This document shows, in pieces, positions 9,927 to 18,874 of a stretch of 64,000 nt of DNA. Position 1 is the stretch's first letter; every line of letters starts with the position of its first letter. The translations under genes were made by a program, and so were the position numbers. Origin of the DNA: Nitrospirota bacterium (GTDB lineage: Bacteria; Nitrospirota; UBA9217); assembly GCA_963737155.1 (NCBI GenBank), contig CAVTRN010000002.1, positions 1,248,001-1,312,000 on the forward strand, given 5' to 3'. Under the pieces are notes generated by a model. It was not told the origin of the DNA. It did no database searches and was given only the letters and a program-made list of their open reading frames with translations.

Positions 9927-11928
9927 CTATTGATTGGGGCTTCCAACAAGAAGATTCCCAGAGGATTGTCTGTCTCTTGGAAGAAGCAGTGTCACTTGCT
10001 TCGCGATATTCGGACGAAGCAAAATGTAATTACCAATTGTATCCGCAGCGTGCGAGTCTGCGTGTTCCTTGGCGCCGCAGCGCGGACAGAAAAATGTTTC
10101 CCCATTGCGCATACTGGCATCGACCAGGGAATGGACGGTACAGCAAGAGGATGTGTGGTAGCTTGGGATAACTATCTCCGGGATACCATCCCATTGCAGT
10201 TTATCCGACGCTCTTCGTATATACTGTCCTTTTGAACCGTTATTGATCATCTTGTTAAAGGTTCGGCCCTTGTAGCCTGGATTGTTTTTCTCCCTGGCAA
10301 GGATAGAAAGATCTTCCCGTACGATTGCCGCATGGTACTTCCTTGCAAGAATTGCTTCCTGGTTGGACAGGTACCCGAACCACGATTTTTTAACCCCCGC
10401 GATTTTCTTATAGAGGGACAAGCGTTTTTTCTTCATCTCGACGAGGTGATGAAGCAGCCGGAAGAACTTTTTATGGATATGCCGTATATAGGGGTCACCA
10501 AGATCCTGTCCCTCGGCAAATTGCTCCCGTTCGTCCAGCCCCAGGTATCCACAAATGATGCCTTTAAGCTTGTTCAGATTATTGTAGCCGGTGTCTATCT
10601 GCGACTTCAGCTTTTCGATACGTTTGCAGGAATCATTGATGTTCCGGAGAAAACCGCGGCCGTTGAAGCGGATGCGTTCCACGACGTTGTCATTGGGATG
10701 GCTGTAATTTTTCAGATACTCGAGAGCCTCTCCCCGGGTAAACTCGCTGATCCGCTTAAGTTTCTTCTCATCGATCTGATCATCTATCCTTATCACGGAA
10801 AGGCTGGCGGTATTGACCATGCCAAAGTCACGCCCGATGATATGCGTAAGAGTGCCGATATCGGCCGTCCCGGCCGGCTTGGAAATGATTGCCCGGACCA
10901 GGACCGAATCAGGGTTAATGACCAGGGAAAGCGAGGATACCGACGAAAGCTTGTCAAATCGTTTGAGCGTCCGTGCGGACATGACCACCGGTATCCGAAC
11001 AGGTTTCCCGTGCGGAGCCGGGTTGGATATTTCGAGAAAATGATAATATTTGCGGTTCGTTCTGTCTACCAGAAGCCTGGCGATATTGTCCATCCGGGCC
11101 ACAGGGTCCGAGTCGTTCCGGATGACCCGGTAATCCAGGTTGATCTGGCAGGCAAAACGGTCGTCACTGCCGAAGACGGGCTTGAGGCTTGCCGTATTTC
11201 GCAAGGCACTCCCTGTGAATGGCGCGGACGATCATTGCTTCATTTCCGGTGAGCCCCTTGCTGCTTTTCCGTATGACAACCTGCCTGACCAAGTCGATGG
11301 TCTTCCCGTATCCGTAATTTTTTATAAAACAGTCCTGAAATACCCAGCAGCTTGCTGCTGGGATGAAAAGGACATCCTGGCGAAGCCAGGATAAGTCTTC
11401 AGCTTCTTTGTTGTGCTTTTTTAAGGTTTCAAGTTCCGATGCCCCGCAGCTTGCTGCGGGGTAATTCACTTTACGTTCAAGAGATTCAAGGATACTTGCT
11501 GTAACCTTGTCCTGGATCGTTTCAGGAATGCTCAGGTACTGCCTTTTTGCGGGGTCCTTTTCCTCTGTTTTTGCGGCACAGTTTAGAAGCCTGCCGTAAA
11601 GACGCTTGAAGTATTTTTGTTCCACTTGGGCGATGGCGGGAGGGACGGCGAGACGCGCTTTTTCCACATATGCTTTGTTGAAACCAATCTCCATGTTTTT
11701 CTGGAGAGCGGTCAGAACAGCATGGATGTCCTCGCCGTTTCTTGTGCTTGCGAGAGGTTCGGGAAGGAACGCCGCATCCACAAACGAATTCGCAGCGGCA
11801 AGAAACTTTCTGCGAATAACCAGGAGATCGCCCATCTTGCCGGCCGTCAGCATGCCAGTGTCCAGCGTGGTTTTTCCGCTGGGAATGGAGCGCCTGAACA
11901 CATTTTTATCCCCTTTGCCGTAGGCCAT
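9927..11928 (-). pseudogene. tnpB: Long TnpB-like RuvC nuclease (about 616 aa reconstructed), split by a 7-bp duplication and carrying a 144-bp insertion
   Basis: RuvC-I GRDFG, RuvC-II REDL, Zn ribbon CCTVH...CPRC, RuvC-III HADSHAA; the two ORFs join as YGKP-VFGSDD when one copy of the GGCTTG-A-GGCTTG repeat (11179-11191) is removed; ATG overlaps the tnpA stop (TAATG). Confidence 0.85.
11326..11469 (+). mobile_element. 144-bp non-autonomous IS200/IS605-type mini-element (PATE-like) nested in tnpB
   Basis: Begins after TTAT; left hairpin CCCAGCAGCTTGCTGCTGGG framed by GTCCT/AGGAC; right hairpin CCCCGCAGCTTGCTGCGGGG followed by TAATTCAC; no target duplication; removal restores ERK-IKNY. Confidence 0.8.
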
Positions 11929-12323
11929 TAATTTCCTTGCCCTTCAAGGTATTTTTGTATGACTTCAAGCGGCGCTCCGCCAGCGGTAACAACAAAGTAG
12001 CTTGCCGCCCAAAACTTTTCCTTCCACAATTTTTCTTTGATGCCGGGAAATTCTTTTTTGAGCAAACGGGATGTAACGGTTTTCAGGGAATTGATAAGAC
12101 GGCACAAATTGAATTCCGGCGGAGCGGACAACAGGATATGTATATGGTCAGGTTCACCGTTTGCTTCCACGATTTTTGCCTTGAAATCCGTGGCGATATC
12201 TCCTGCTATTTCCAAACACCGGCGAAGTACGGGTTCCGTAAGCACCTTTCTGCGATATGCAACCACTAGAACCAAGTGGTAGTTCAGACTAAAAACACTA
12301 TGATGTTAGTAAGTTAATTCCAT
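11928..12323 (-). pseudogene. tnpA: IS200-type Y1 HUH transposase with a premature stop at codon 6
   Basis: Reads MELTY*HHSVFSLNYHLVLVVAYRRKVL; HUH motif DHIHIL, LKTVTSR, FWAASYF, catalytic Tyr in IQKYLEGQ; TAA at 12306-12308. Confidence 0.88.
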
Positions 12324-12330
12324 TCAACCA

Positions 12331-12359
12331 AACATAGCATCCTCTGATGGAAATGTCAA
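12331..12359 (-). promoter_or_regulatory. Sigma70-type promoter of tnpA inside the IS left end
   Basis: TTGACA-17 nt-TATGTT with extended -10 TG, 7 nt before the ATG. Confidence 0.6.
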
Positions 12360-12543
12360 CTGTTTTTCAATCGACTTCCCAATTCATCCCGCAACCAATA
12401 CGTAGTTTGGATGGGGTGTTCTTGGACAGATGATAAATAAATAGGCGTAAAAGATGAATCATGGTGAAACGGGAGGACATTTGCCTTATAATAGTTCATC
12501 GGCGCGCTTAAGAGATTGACGGGGCGAGCAAGGGAGGCCGAAC

Positions 12544-13185
12544 ATAACTGAATATTTTGACGTTCTAGACTGTAGGGGTAAGAAAACCGGGGAAATCATT
12601 CCGCGCGATGAGGCGCACCGAAACGGCACATGGCATGGAGCCTTTCATTGTCTCCTCTTCTCCCAGCGCGGCGGTCGGGCTTATGGCCTGTTCCAGAAGC
12701 GGTCCCTGTCTAAAAAAATTGCACCGGGAAAGTTTGACGTAAGCGTGGGCGGTCATTATTCAGCAGGGGAGGATGCAGCAGTCGCCGGGCCACGGGAGAT
12801 ACAAGAAGAGCTCGGTATTGACGTTCGTTTCAGCGACCTTCTGTCCGTTGGTCGTAGGATCCTTATTTATTGTTTTACCCCTGGTTTAATGGAGTATGAA
12901 TTCCAGGACGTGTTTCTATTGCATCACGACATTCAGCCGAAGCAGTTCACGCTTCAGCGTGAGGAACTTGATGGAACAATTGAGTTGGACGTGGAGCAGG
13001 GCATAGAACTGTTCTCGGGCAAAATACTCCGCGCCCAAGTCCATTTTACAAAAACTGGTGGCGATACGGTCCCGATTTCAATTACGGTTGATGACTTCGT
13101 ACCCTGCCTCGATAACTACTATTTGAAATTACTCCTGCTCGTACGGCGATATATGAATGCTGATCGGGAACATTTGCTGATCTGA
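12544..13185 (+). CDS. NUDIX hydrolase, IPP-isomerase-like; probable ATA start
   Basis: Open frame from ATA 12544 (after GGGAGG): EYFDVLD...RDEAHRNGTWH...QKRS...GGHYSAGE...REIQEELG; in-frame TGA at 12517 upstream. Confidence 0.8.
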   Translation: MTEYFDVLDCRGKKTGEIIPRDEAHRNGTWHGAFHCLLFSQRGGRAYGLFQKRSLSKKIAPGKFDVSVGGHYSAGEDAAVAGPREIQEELGIDVRFSDLLSVGRRILIYCFTPGLMEYEFQDVFLLHHDIQPKQFTLQREELDGTIELDVEQGIELFSGKILRAQVHFTKTGGDTVPISITVDDFVPCLDNYYLKLLLLVRRYMNADREHLLI

Positions 13186-13499
13186 ATTTGACTTTTATTC
13201 CGGTTGCGTTAACATCCTCTAAGACCTGCCTAAATATCTCGAATCGGGCTCTGTGGCTGTTAAGAGTCATTACTGATTCCATTCGCAGATGCGGTAGAGA
13301 GTTTGCCATATTTAAAAGAGCCTCCTACGCGGAACACTAAACTGGAATTATCCTCTTCTCCGACTTGACTCTCAGTGATATTCGAGTAAACTTGTATTAT
13401 ATTGTGTCTATCCGGAAACTTGCGACAAGGAGGGTGGGGGGGGCAATATCGCGGCAGTGAATGCTCCGCGTGAGCATTGTTTTTCCCCTCACAAACAGC

Positions 13500-14015
13500 A
13501 TGAAGCTAACGTGGCTTATCGTCGGGCTGCTTGTTGTCCTGGTCGCTGGTCTTGCCATCGCAGCGTTCATGTACATTCTGCCGCTTGATCTCCGGGACCC
13601 CTCTCCGATTCAGCCGATCTCCTTCAGTCATAAGAAGCATGCCGGCGACAACGCCATTCCTTGTCTATTTTGTCATCGTTATGCCCCGAAGTCCACGGTT
13701 GCCGGCATTCCTGCAGTCGCGGATTGCCGTGCCTGCCACCTGTACATAGCTCAGAACGCTCCTGAAATCAAAAAGCTGATGACCTTTTGGGAAAATAAAC
13801 AGCCAATCCCCTGGGTTAGAGTCTACGGAGTACCGGACTTCGTCTATTTCCCGCACATGATGCACATACGGGCCGGACTCGTCTGTGGAACCTGTCACGG
13901 TAACGTCGCTGCCATGGAACGGATTTCCCGGAGTATCAAAATAAAAATGGGTTGGTGCCTGAATTGCCATCGCCAGCATAAGGCTAGCATCGATTGCTGG
14001 ACCTGTCATAAATGA
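13500..14015 (+). CDS. Membrane-anchored pentaheme cytochrome c (ActA/QrcA-like)
   Basis: N-terminal TM; QPISFSHKKH; five CxxCH (CLFCH, CRACH, CGTCH, CLNCH, CWTCH). Confidence 0.9.
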   Translation: MKLTWLIVGLLVVLVAGLAIAAFMYILPLDLRDPSPIQPISFSHKKHAGDNAIPCLFCHRYAPKSTVAGIPAVADCRACHLYIAQNAPEIKKLMTFWENKQPIPWVRVYGVPDFVYFPHMMHIRAGLVCGTCHGNVAAMERISRSIKIKMGWCLNCHRQHKASIDCWTCHK

Positions 14016-14025
14016 GGGAGCTCGA

Positions 14026-16224
14026 ATGGATCGCAGAACTTTTTTGCAGTTTGGCAGCATAACAGCAGCCGGCGCTCTTTTAGCGGGGTGCAAGTCCGCG
14101 AACGAGAAACTGATCCCTTACCTTATTCCGCCGGACGAGGGGGTGATTCCGGGGAGAGCCGAGTATTATGCCAGCAGCTGCCGATTTTGCGCGGCTGGAT
14201 GTGGCATACTGGTCCGTGTGTCCGAGGGGCGGGCAAAAAAAATCGAGGGGAACCCTCTCCACCCGGTCAATAAGGGGAAACTGTGCGCCAGGGGGCAGGC
14301 CATTCTGCAGGAGTTATACCATCCTGACCGGATAACTCAACCGCTTATGCGGATAGGGGCACGCGGGTCTGGAAAATTCAAGAACATTTCCTGGGAGGAA
14401 GGACTGACCGTCCTAACCAGCAGTTTGAAGACCCTGAAGCAGGAAAATGCGGCTGGGGGCCTGGCGTTTCTGACACCGCAGTTCCGTGGCACCCTTGCGG
14501 AGCTGACAACGCGTTTCATGCGTTCCTTCGGTTCACTTCATCATATCTCCTACGAACTGCTTGGTCCTGACTGGCTGCGTGCGGCAGACCTTCGGAGTTT
14601 CGGGCAGGCAAACCTCCCCTTTTACGACATTGCTGAGACCCACTATCTGCTCAGTTTTGGTGCTGATATTGTGGAAAGCCACTTGTCTCCTGTGCATTAC
14701 GGCTATGCTTTCGGCAGGATGCGCCAGGAGCGGGACACGGTCCGCGGTCATCTCACTTATGTAGGTGGTCGCATGTCGCTGACGGCAGCATCAGCCGATC
14801 GATGGATGCCTGCTCGTCCCGGTAGCGAGGGAGCGTTGGCGCTCGGCATGGCCCGGCTCATCCTAGCAGAATCCCTTTACGACAGAGCTGCACTTGATGC
14901 AAACGGACTCCATGTGGAGGCACTGCTGAGGGATCTCAACGCGTACGATCTGCCCCGAGTGGCGGAACAGACAGGTCTATCGCAAACAGCCATCGCCGAG
15001 GTGGGCCGCGAGTTCGCTATGACTCGCCCTGCGCTTGCCATAGCAGGGGAGGCCGTCGCCTTCCAAAGCAACGGTCCTGAGTCAATCCGCGCTGTCCAAA
15101 TGCTCAATGTGCTCGTGGGAAACCTGAACAGGCCCGGTGGAATTTATCCGGACACCGGGTCACTTGACGGCCCCACGAATTCCTTTGACGATCTCATTTC
15201 TTTCGTGGGGAAAATGCGCGGGAACCAGATCCGGACAGCTCTGATCTATGGTGACCCAGTACATACTATTCCACCATCCACAGGCTTCCAGGCCGCGCTG
15301 GACAAGGTTCCGTTTCTTGTAAGCTTCTCCTCGCTTCTCGACGACACGGCCCTGATGGCCGACCTGGTCCTGCCGGACCATGCTACACTGGAGAGTTGGG
15401 GAGACGTAGTCCCAGTGGCCGGCACGCGAGAAGAGGTTTATGGACTTATGCAGCCCGTGGTGACGCCCGTTTTCGACACGCGCCAGTTCCCCGAAGTGTT
15501 GATGACGGCGGCGAATGAATTGGGCGGGGATATGAAGGCGGCATTTCCCTACCCATCCTATTTAGAAATGCTGCGGGCTGATGTGAAAAAGCGCGTCGGT
15601 GTTTCAAACAGCATGGATTTCGAAGCGACGTGGGTGGACTTGCTTCGCAAGGGGGGAATCTTCAAATCGAACCTTGGCCAGACAAGAGATTTTAAGTGGT
15701 CAAGAAGCACGAAAATTCCCGAACCTGCAAAACCCCGGTTTGCAGGGAGTGAAAAGGAATTTCCGCTCCATCTGTTGGTATATCCCTCCACAGCCTTTTT
15801 TGACGGTCGGGGCGCTTCGCTTCCTTGGCTGCAGCAGCTTCCTGACCCGATGACTACCGTTGTCTGGGGCAGCTGGGTCGAGATTAACCCAAAGACCGCT
15901 GCCGAGCTTGGGATTAACTTTGGTGACTTCGTCGAGGTGACTTCACCCCAAGCCTCCCTGCGCGTGCCAGCGGTCATCTATCCCGGCATTCGCCCCGACA
16001 TCGTCGCTATGCCGTTGGGGCAGGGGCACCGCGATATGGGACGCTATGCCAGGGGACGAGGAGCGAACTGCCTTACGTTGTTGGCAACAGCCATTGAAGG
16101 TTCTGCGCCTCAGCCGGCGTGGAATGCCACGCGCGTGCGCGTGACCCGGATTTCGGAGAAGGGGGAACTGGTGACTGCGGGTAATCCGCAGGGGAGCTAT
16201 CGGAGCGACTTGATAGAGATATAA
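14026..16224 (+). CDS. Molybdopterin-oxidoreductase-fold subunit (ActB1/QrcB-like), Tat lipoprotein
   Basis: RRTFLQ Tat motif with LAGC lipobox; CRFCAAGC...KLC Fe-S motif; C-terminal PWLQQLPDP motif typical of ActB/QrcB. Confidence 0.88.
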   Translation: MDRRTFLQFGSITAAGALLAGCKSANEKLIPYLIPPDEGVIPGRAEYYASSCRFCAAGCGILVRVSEGRAKKIEGNPLHPVNKGKLCARGQAILQELYHPDRITQPLMRIGARGSGKFKNISWEEGLTVLTSSLKTLKQENAAGGLAFLTPQFRGTLAELTTRFMRSFGSLHHISYELLGPDWLRAADLRSFGQANLPFYDIAETHYLLSFGADIVESHLSPVHYGYAFGRMRQERDTVRGHLTYVGGRMSLTAASADRWMPARPGSEGALALGMARLILAESLYDRAALDANGLHVEALLRDLNAYDLPRVAEQTGLSQTAIAEVGREFAMTRPALAIAGEAVAFQSNGPESIRAVQMLNVLVGNLNRPGGIYPDTGSLDGPTNSFDDLISFVGKMRGNQIRTALIYGDPVHTIPPSTGFQAALDKVPFLVSFSSLLDDTALMADLVLPDHATLESWGDVVPVAGTREEVYGLMQPVVTPVFDTRQFPEVLMTAANELGGDMKAAFPYPSYLEMLRADVKKRVGVSNSMDFEATWVDLLRKGGIFKSNLGQTRDFKWSRSTKIPEPAKPRFAGSEKEFPLHLLVYPSTAFFDGRGASLPWLQQLPDPMTTVVWGSWVEINPKTAAELGINFGDFVEVTSPQASLRVPAVIYPGIRPDIVAMPLGQGHRDMGRYARGRGANCLTLLATAIEGSAPQPAWNATRVRVTRISEKGELVTAGNPQGSYRSDLIEI

Positions 16225-16256
16225 GACTCAGTATAAGGCCGGAAGGATTCCATAAC

Positions 16257-16976
16257 ATGGAAAAAATGACGAGCCCCTATAAGTGGGGTATGGTAATCGA
16301 CCTCGACCGATGCACCGGCTGCGGTGCCTGCGTGGTTGCGTGCCAGGCAGAAAATAATGTTGCTATCTGCGAGAAAAAGGAGATTGCCGAGGGTCGCAAC
16401 ATGCACTGGCTTCGCATCGAGCGATTCTGGGTGGGAGAGTACCCTGACGTGCGGGTGCGCTTCTTGCCCGTACTCTGCCAGCATTGTCATGACGCCCCCT
16501 GCGAGCCGGTATGTCCGGTCTATGCCAGCTACCACAACCCTGACGGCTTGAACGGCCAAGTCTATAATCGCTGCGTGGGAACCCGCTACTGCGGCAACAA
16601 CTGCCCCTATGCCGTGAGAGTCTTTAATTTCCATGATCATGAGCATGCCTGGCCCTCCCCGCTCAATAACCAGCTCTCCCCGGACATCACTGTACGCAGT
16701 CGCGGGGTAATGGAAAAATGCTCCTTCTGCATCCAGCGCATTCGTCGGGCCAAGGAAGAGGCAGAGGGAGAGGGACGGCTGATCAAAGACGGAGAAGTCC
16801 AGTCGGCATGCGTTCAGACGTGCCCGACCGAGGCATTGGTCTTCGGCAATATGTCCGACCCGCAGAGCCGTGTCTCTCGGCTGTCCCGAAGCCCCCGGCG
16901 TTTCCGGCTGCTAGAAAATCTGGGTACGCATCCGTCGATCTATTATCTTAAGGGAGGAGGACGCGAGCATGTCTGA
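16257..16976 (+). CDS. Multi-[4Fe-4S] subunit (ActB2/QrcC/NrfC-like)
   Basis: CTGCGACVVAC, CQHCHDAPCEPVCP, CVGTRYCGNNCPY, EKCSFC. Confidence 0.92.
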   Translation: MEKMTSPYKWGMVIDLDRCTGCGACVVACQAENNVAICEKKEIAEGRNMHWLRIERFWVGEYPDVRVRFLPVLCQHCHDAPCEPVCPVYASYHNPDGLNGQVYNRCVGTRYCGNNCPYAVRVFNFHDHEHAWPSPLNNQLSPDITVRSRGVMEKCSFCIQRIRRAKEEAEGEGRLIKDGEVQSACVQTCPTEALVFGNMSDPQSRVSRLSRSPRRFRLLENLGTHPSIYYLKGGGREHV

Positions 16977-18360
16977 ATCGTCAGGACAGCCGTTGAGGGA
17001 TACCGCTCCGGAAATGAAAAGCGCAACGCAGATGAACGACGAAATGCTTTCCTCGATGCGTACACCTACCTGGCGCTGGTACGGGCTCGCATTCTTCCTC
17101 GGTGCGGTAGTTGCCTGGGGCCTTTACGCCTTTACGTATCAGGTGACGACCGACCTCAGCGTGACCGGTCTGGACCGCCCGGTCATGTGGGGGATCTACA
17201 TCGTCAACTTTGTATTCTGGGTGGGCCTTTCCCATTCAGGGACCATGGTATCCGCGATCCTGCGGCTCTCTCAGGCAAACTGGCGCAGGCCGATCCTGCG
17301 CGCTGCCGAAGCAATGACTGTTTTCACCATTACCGTCGCTGGCCTCTTCCCAATCATTCATCTGGGCCGCAATTGGGTTGTCTATTATTTCATCCCTTAT
17401 CCCAATCAACGGGGGTTGTGGCCCAATTTCCGCTCGCCACTTCTGTGGGATATGACGGCGATAACGACCTATATTATCGGAAGTAGTCTCTTCCTTTATC
17501 TTGGGATGATGCCCGACCTGGCTGTTGTCCGCGACCGGGCAAGCGGCTGGCGCCGGAAACTCTATGGAGTACTGGCCATGGGGTGGCGGGGAACCTCCCG
17601 CGAGTGGGTGATATTCCGCCAGGCCTCCACTCTGATGGCCGCGCTGATCATTCCGGTAGCCGTGTCGGTGCACTCCATTGTGGCCTGGGATTTCGCCGTA
17701 ACTCTTGTACCTGGCTGGCACAGCACGATATTCCCTCCTTACTTCGTCATTGGGGCAATACTCTCCGGCGTGGCAGCGGTCATAACCCTCATGATCGTAA
17801 TCCGGCGGGTCTTCCACCTCGAGGATTACCTCACACCGCTGCACTTCGACAACATGGGGAAGCTGCTTCTGGTTATCTCGCTGCTCTGGGCTTACGCCTA
17901 TTTTGTAGAGGTGCAGACGACTTGGTATGGACATGAACCGATCGAATGGGAGGTCTTCAGTTTCATGTCGGGGAAATATACCGTCGCGCTGCTTTTCATG
18001 ATTTTCGGCAATGCGATACTGCCGATCACGGCACTCTGCTTCAAGAAGTTGCGCCGATCAATCGGAATGATGCTGGTGATTACTCTTTTGATCAACGTCG
18101 CCATGTTCATAGAACGTTTCCTGATCATTGTGCCTTCACTGTCCCATAAGAACATGCCGTTTATCTGGGGAACCTACTTTCCCAGCTGGGTGGAGTTATC
18201 CATCACCGCCGCAGCCTTTGCCGGTTTCGCTCTGATGTACACCTTCTTCGCGAAGCTCTTTCCGATGGTCGCACTGACAGATGTGCGGGAGCTCGAAGTA
18301 CGCCAGACTCAGGTAACGCTTGGCCGCGCTAAATTGCCGGCAATAGCTGGAAAGGAGTAG
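16969..18360 (+). CDS. NrfD/PsrC-family quinol-interacting membrane subunit (ActC-like)
   Basis: WGIYIVNFVFWVG, RAAEAMT, HLGR, SPLLWD, SVHSIVAWDFA, PGWHSTIFPPYF; about 10 TM. Confidence 0.92.
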   Translation: MSESSGQPLRDTAPEMKSATQMNDEMLSSMRTPTWRWYGLAFFLGAVVAWGLYAFTYQVTTDLSVTGLDRPVMWGIYIVNFVFWVGLSHSGTMVSAILRLSQANWRRPILRAAEAMTVFTITVAGLFPIIHLGRNWVVYYFIPYPNQRGLWPNFRSPLLWDMTAITTYIIGSSLFLYLGMMPDLAVVRDRASGWRRKLYGVLAMGWRGTSREWVIFRQASTLMAALIIPVAVSVHSIVAWDFAVTLVPGWHSTIFPPYFVIGAILSGVAAVITLMIVIRRVFHLEDYLTPLHFDNMGKLLLVISLLWAYAYFVEVQTTWYGHEPIEWEVFSFMSGKYTVALLFMIFGNAILPITALCFKKLRRSIGMMLVITLLINVAMFIERFLIIVPSLSHKNMPFIWGTYFPSWVELSITAAAFAGFALMYTFFAKLFPMVALTDVRELEVRQTQVTLGRAKLPAIAGKE

Positions 18361-18364
18361 ACCC

Positions 18365-18874
18365 ATGGAAACCCTCGGGATTTTCAGGGACGTCGAGACT
18401 GCGAGCACTGCAGTGAAAACCCTCATTAAAGCTGGATACCCTGAATCAGAAATTATCTCGCTGACATCGACAGCATATCCCGATGGTGTGCTTGTGAAGA
18501 CCGACCAGCATACCCGGTTTCGCTGGCTCTCACTGGCTGGAGGCATCTGTGGCGCGATAGCCGGCTTCCTCCTGGCAGCCGGTACAGCCTATCTTTATCC
18601 GGTGCAGACCGGAGATAAACCGATCATCGCATTTTTCCCCACCGGAATCATTACTTACGAACTCACCATGCTTTTTGCCATCCTCGGAGCGATGGTAGGG
18701 ATGTTCCTAGAAATGAGACTTCCCCCGCTAAAAGCGCGCCCCTATGACCCGGCCATTGCCGAGGGGTACATTGGCATCAGCGTGTCCATCACCCTCGGAG
18801 ACCGCAAAAACCGGGTGGAGTCCATCATGAAAGAAGCTGGCGCCCTCCGCACAACTTCAGAGGATACGCAATGA
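18365..18874 (+). CDS. DUF3341 / ActD-like membrane protein
   Basis: Two TMs, GDKP and ITYELTMLFA motifs; operon position. Confidence 0.8.
   Translation: METLGIFRDVETASTAVKTLIKAGYPESEIISLTSTAYPDGVLVKTDQHTRFRWLSLAGGICGAIAGFLLAAGTAYLYPVQTGDKPIIAFFPTGIITYELTMLFAILGAMVGMFLEMRLPPLKARPYDPAIAEGYIGISVSITLGDRKNRVESIMKEAGALRTTSEDTQ

Larger units (their letters stand above)
9899..12432 (-). mobile_element. IS200/IS605-family element (tnpA plus long tnpB), both ends present, inactivated
   Basis: Left-end hairpin follows TTTAT and the right end terminates ...GGGAGCATTCAC on the minus strand; both subterminal hairpins share TCCCGCAACCAA (9907-9918 and 12387-12398); encloses tnpA and tnpB. Confidence 0.85.

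Noticed and set aside
11164-11204. Programmed frameshift or a genuine two-subunit nuclease
   Set aside because: No slippery sequence; a 7-bp tandem duplication explains the break exactly
10332-11252. 306-aa plus-strand ORF
   Set aside because: Antisense shadow of tnpB with no recognisable motifs
8920-12540. CRISPR array accompanying the Cas12-sized nuclease
   Set aside because: No regularly spaced direct repeats or cas1/cas2 seen; tnpA and IS ends explain the locus
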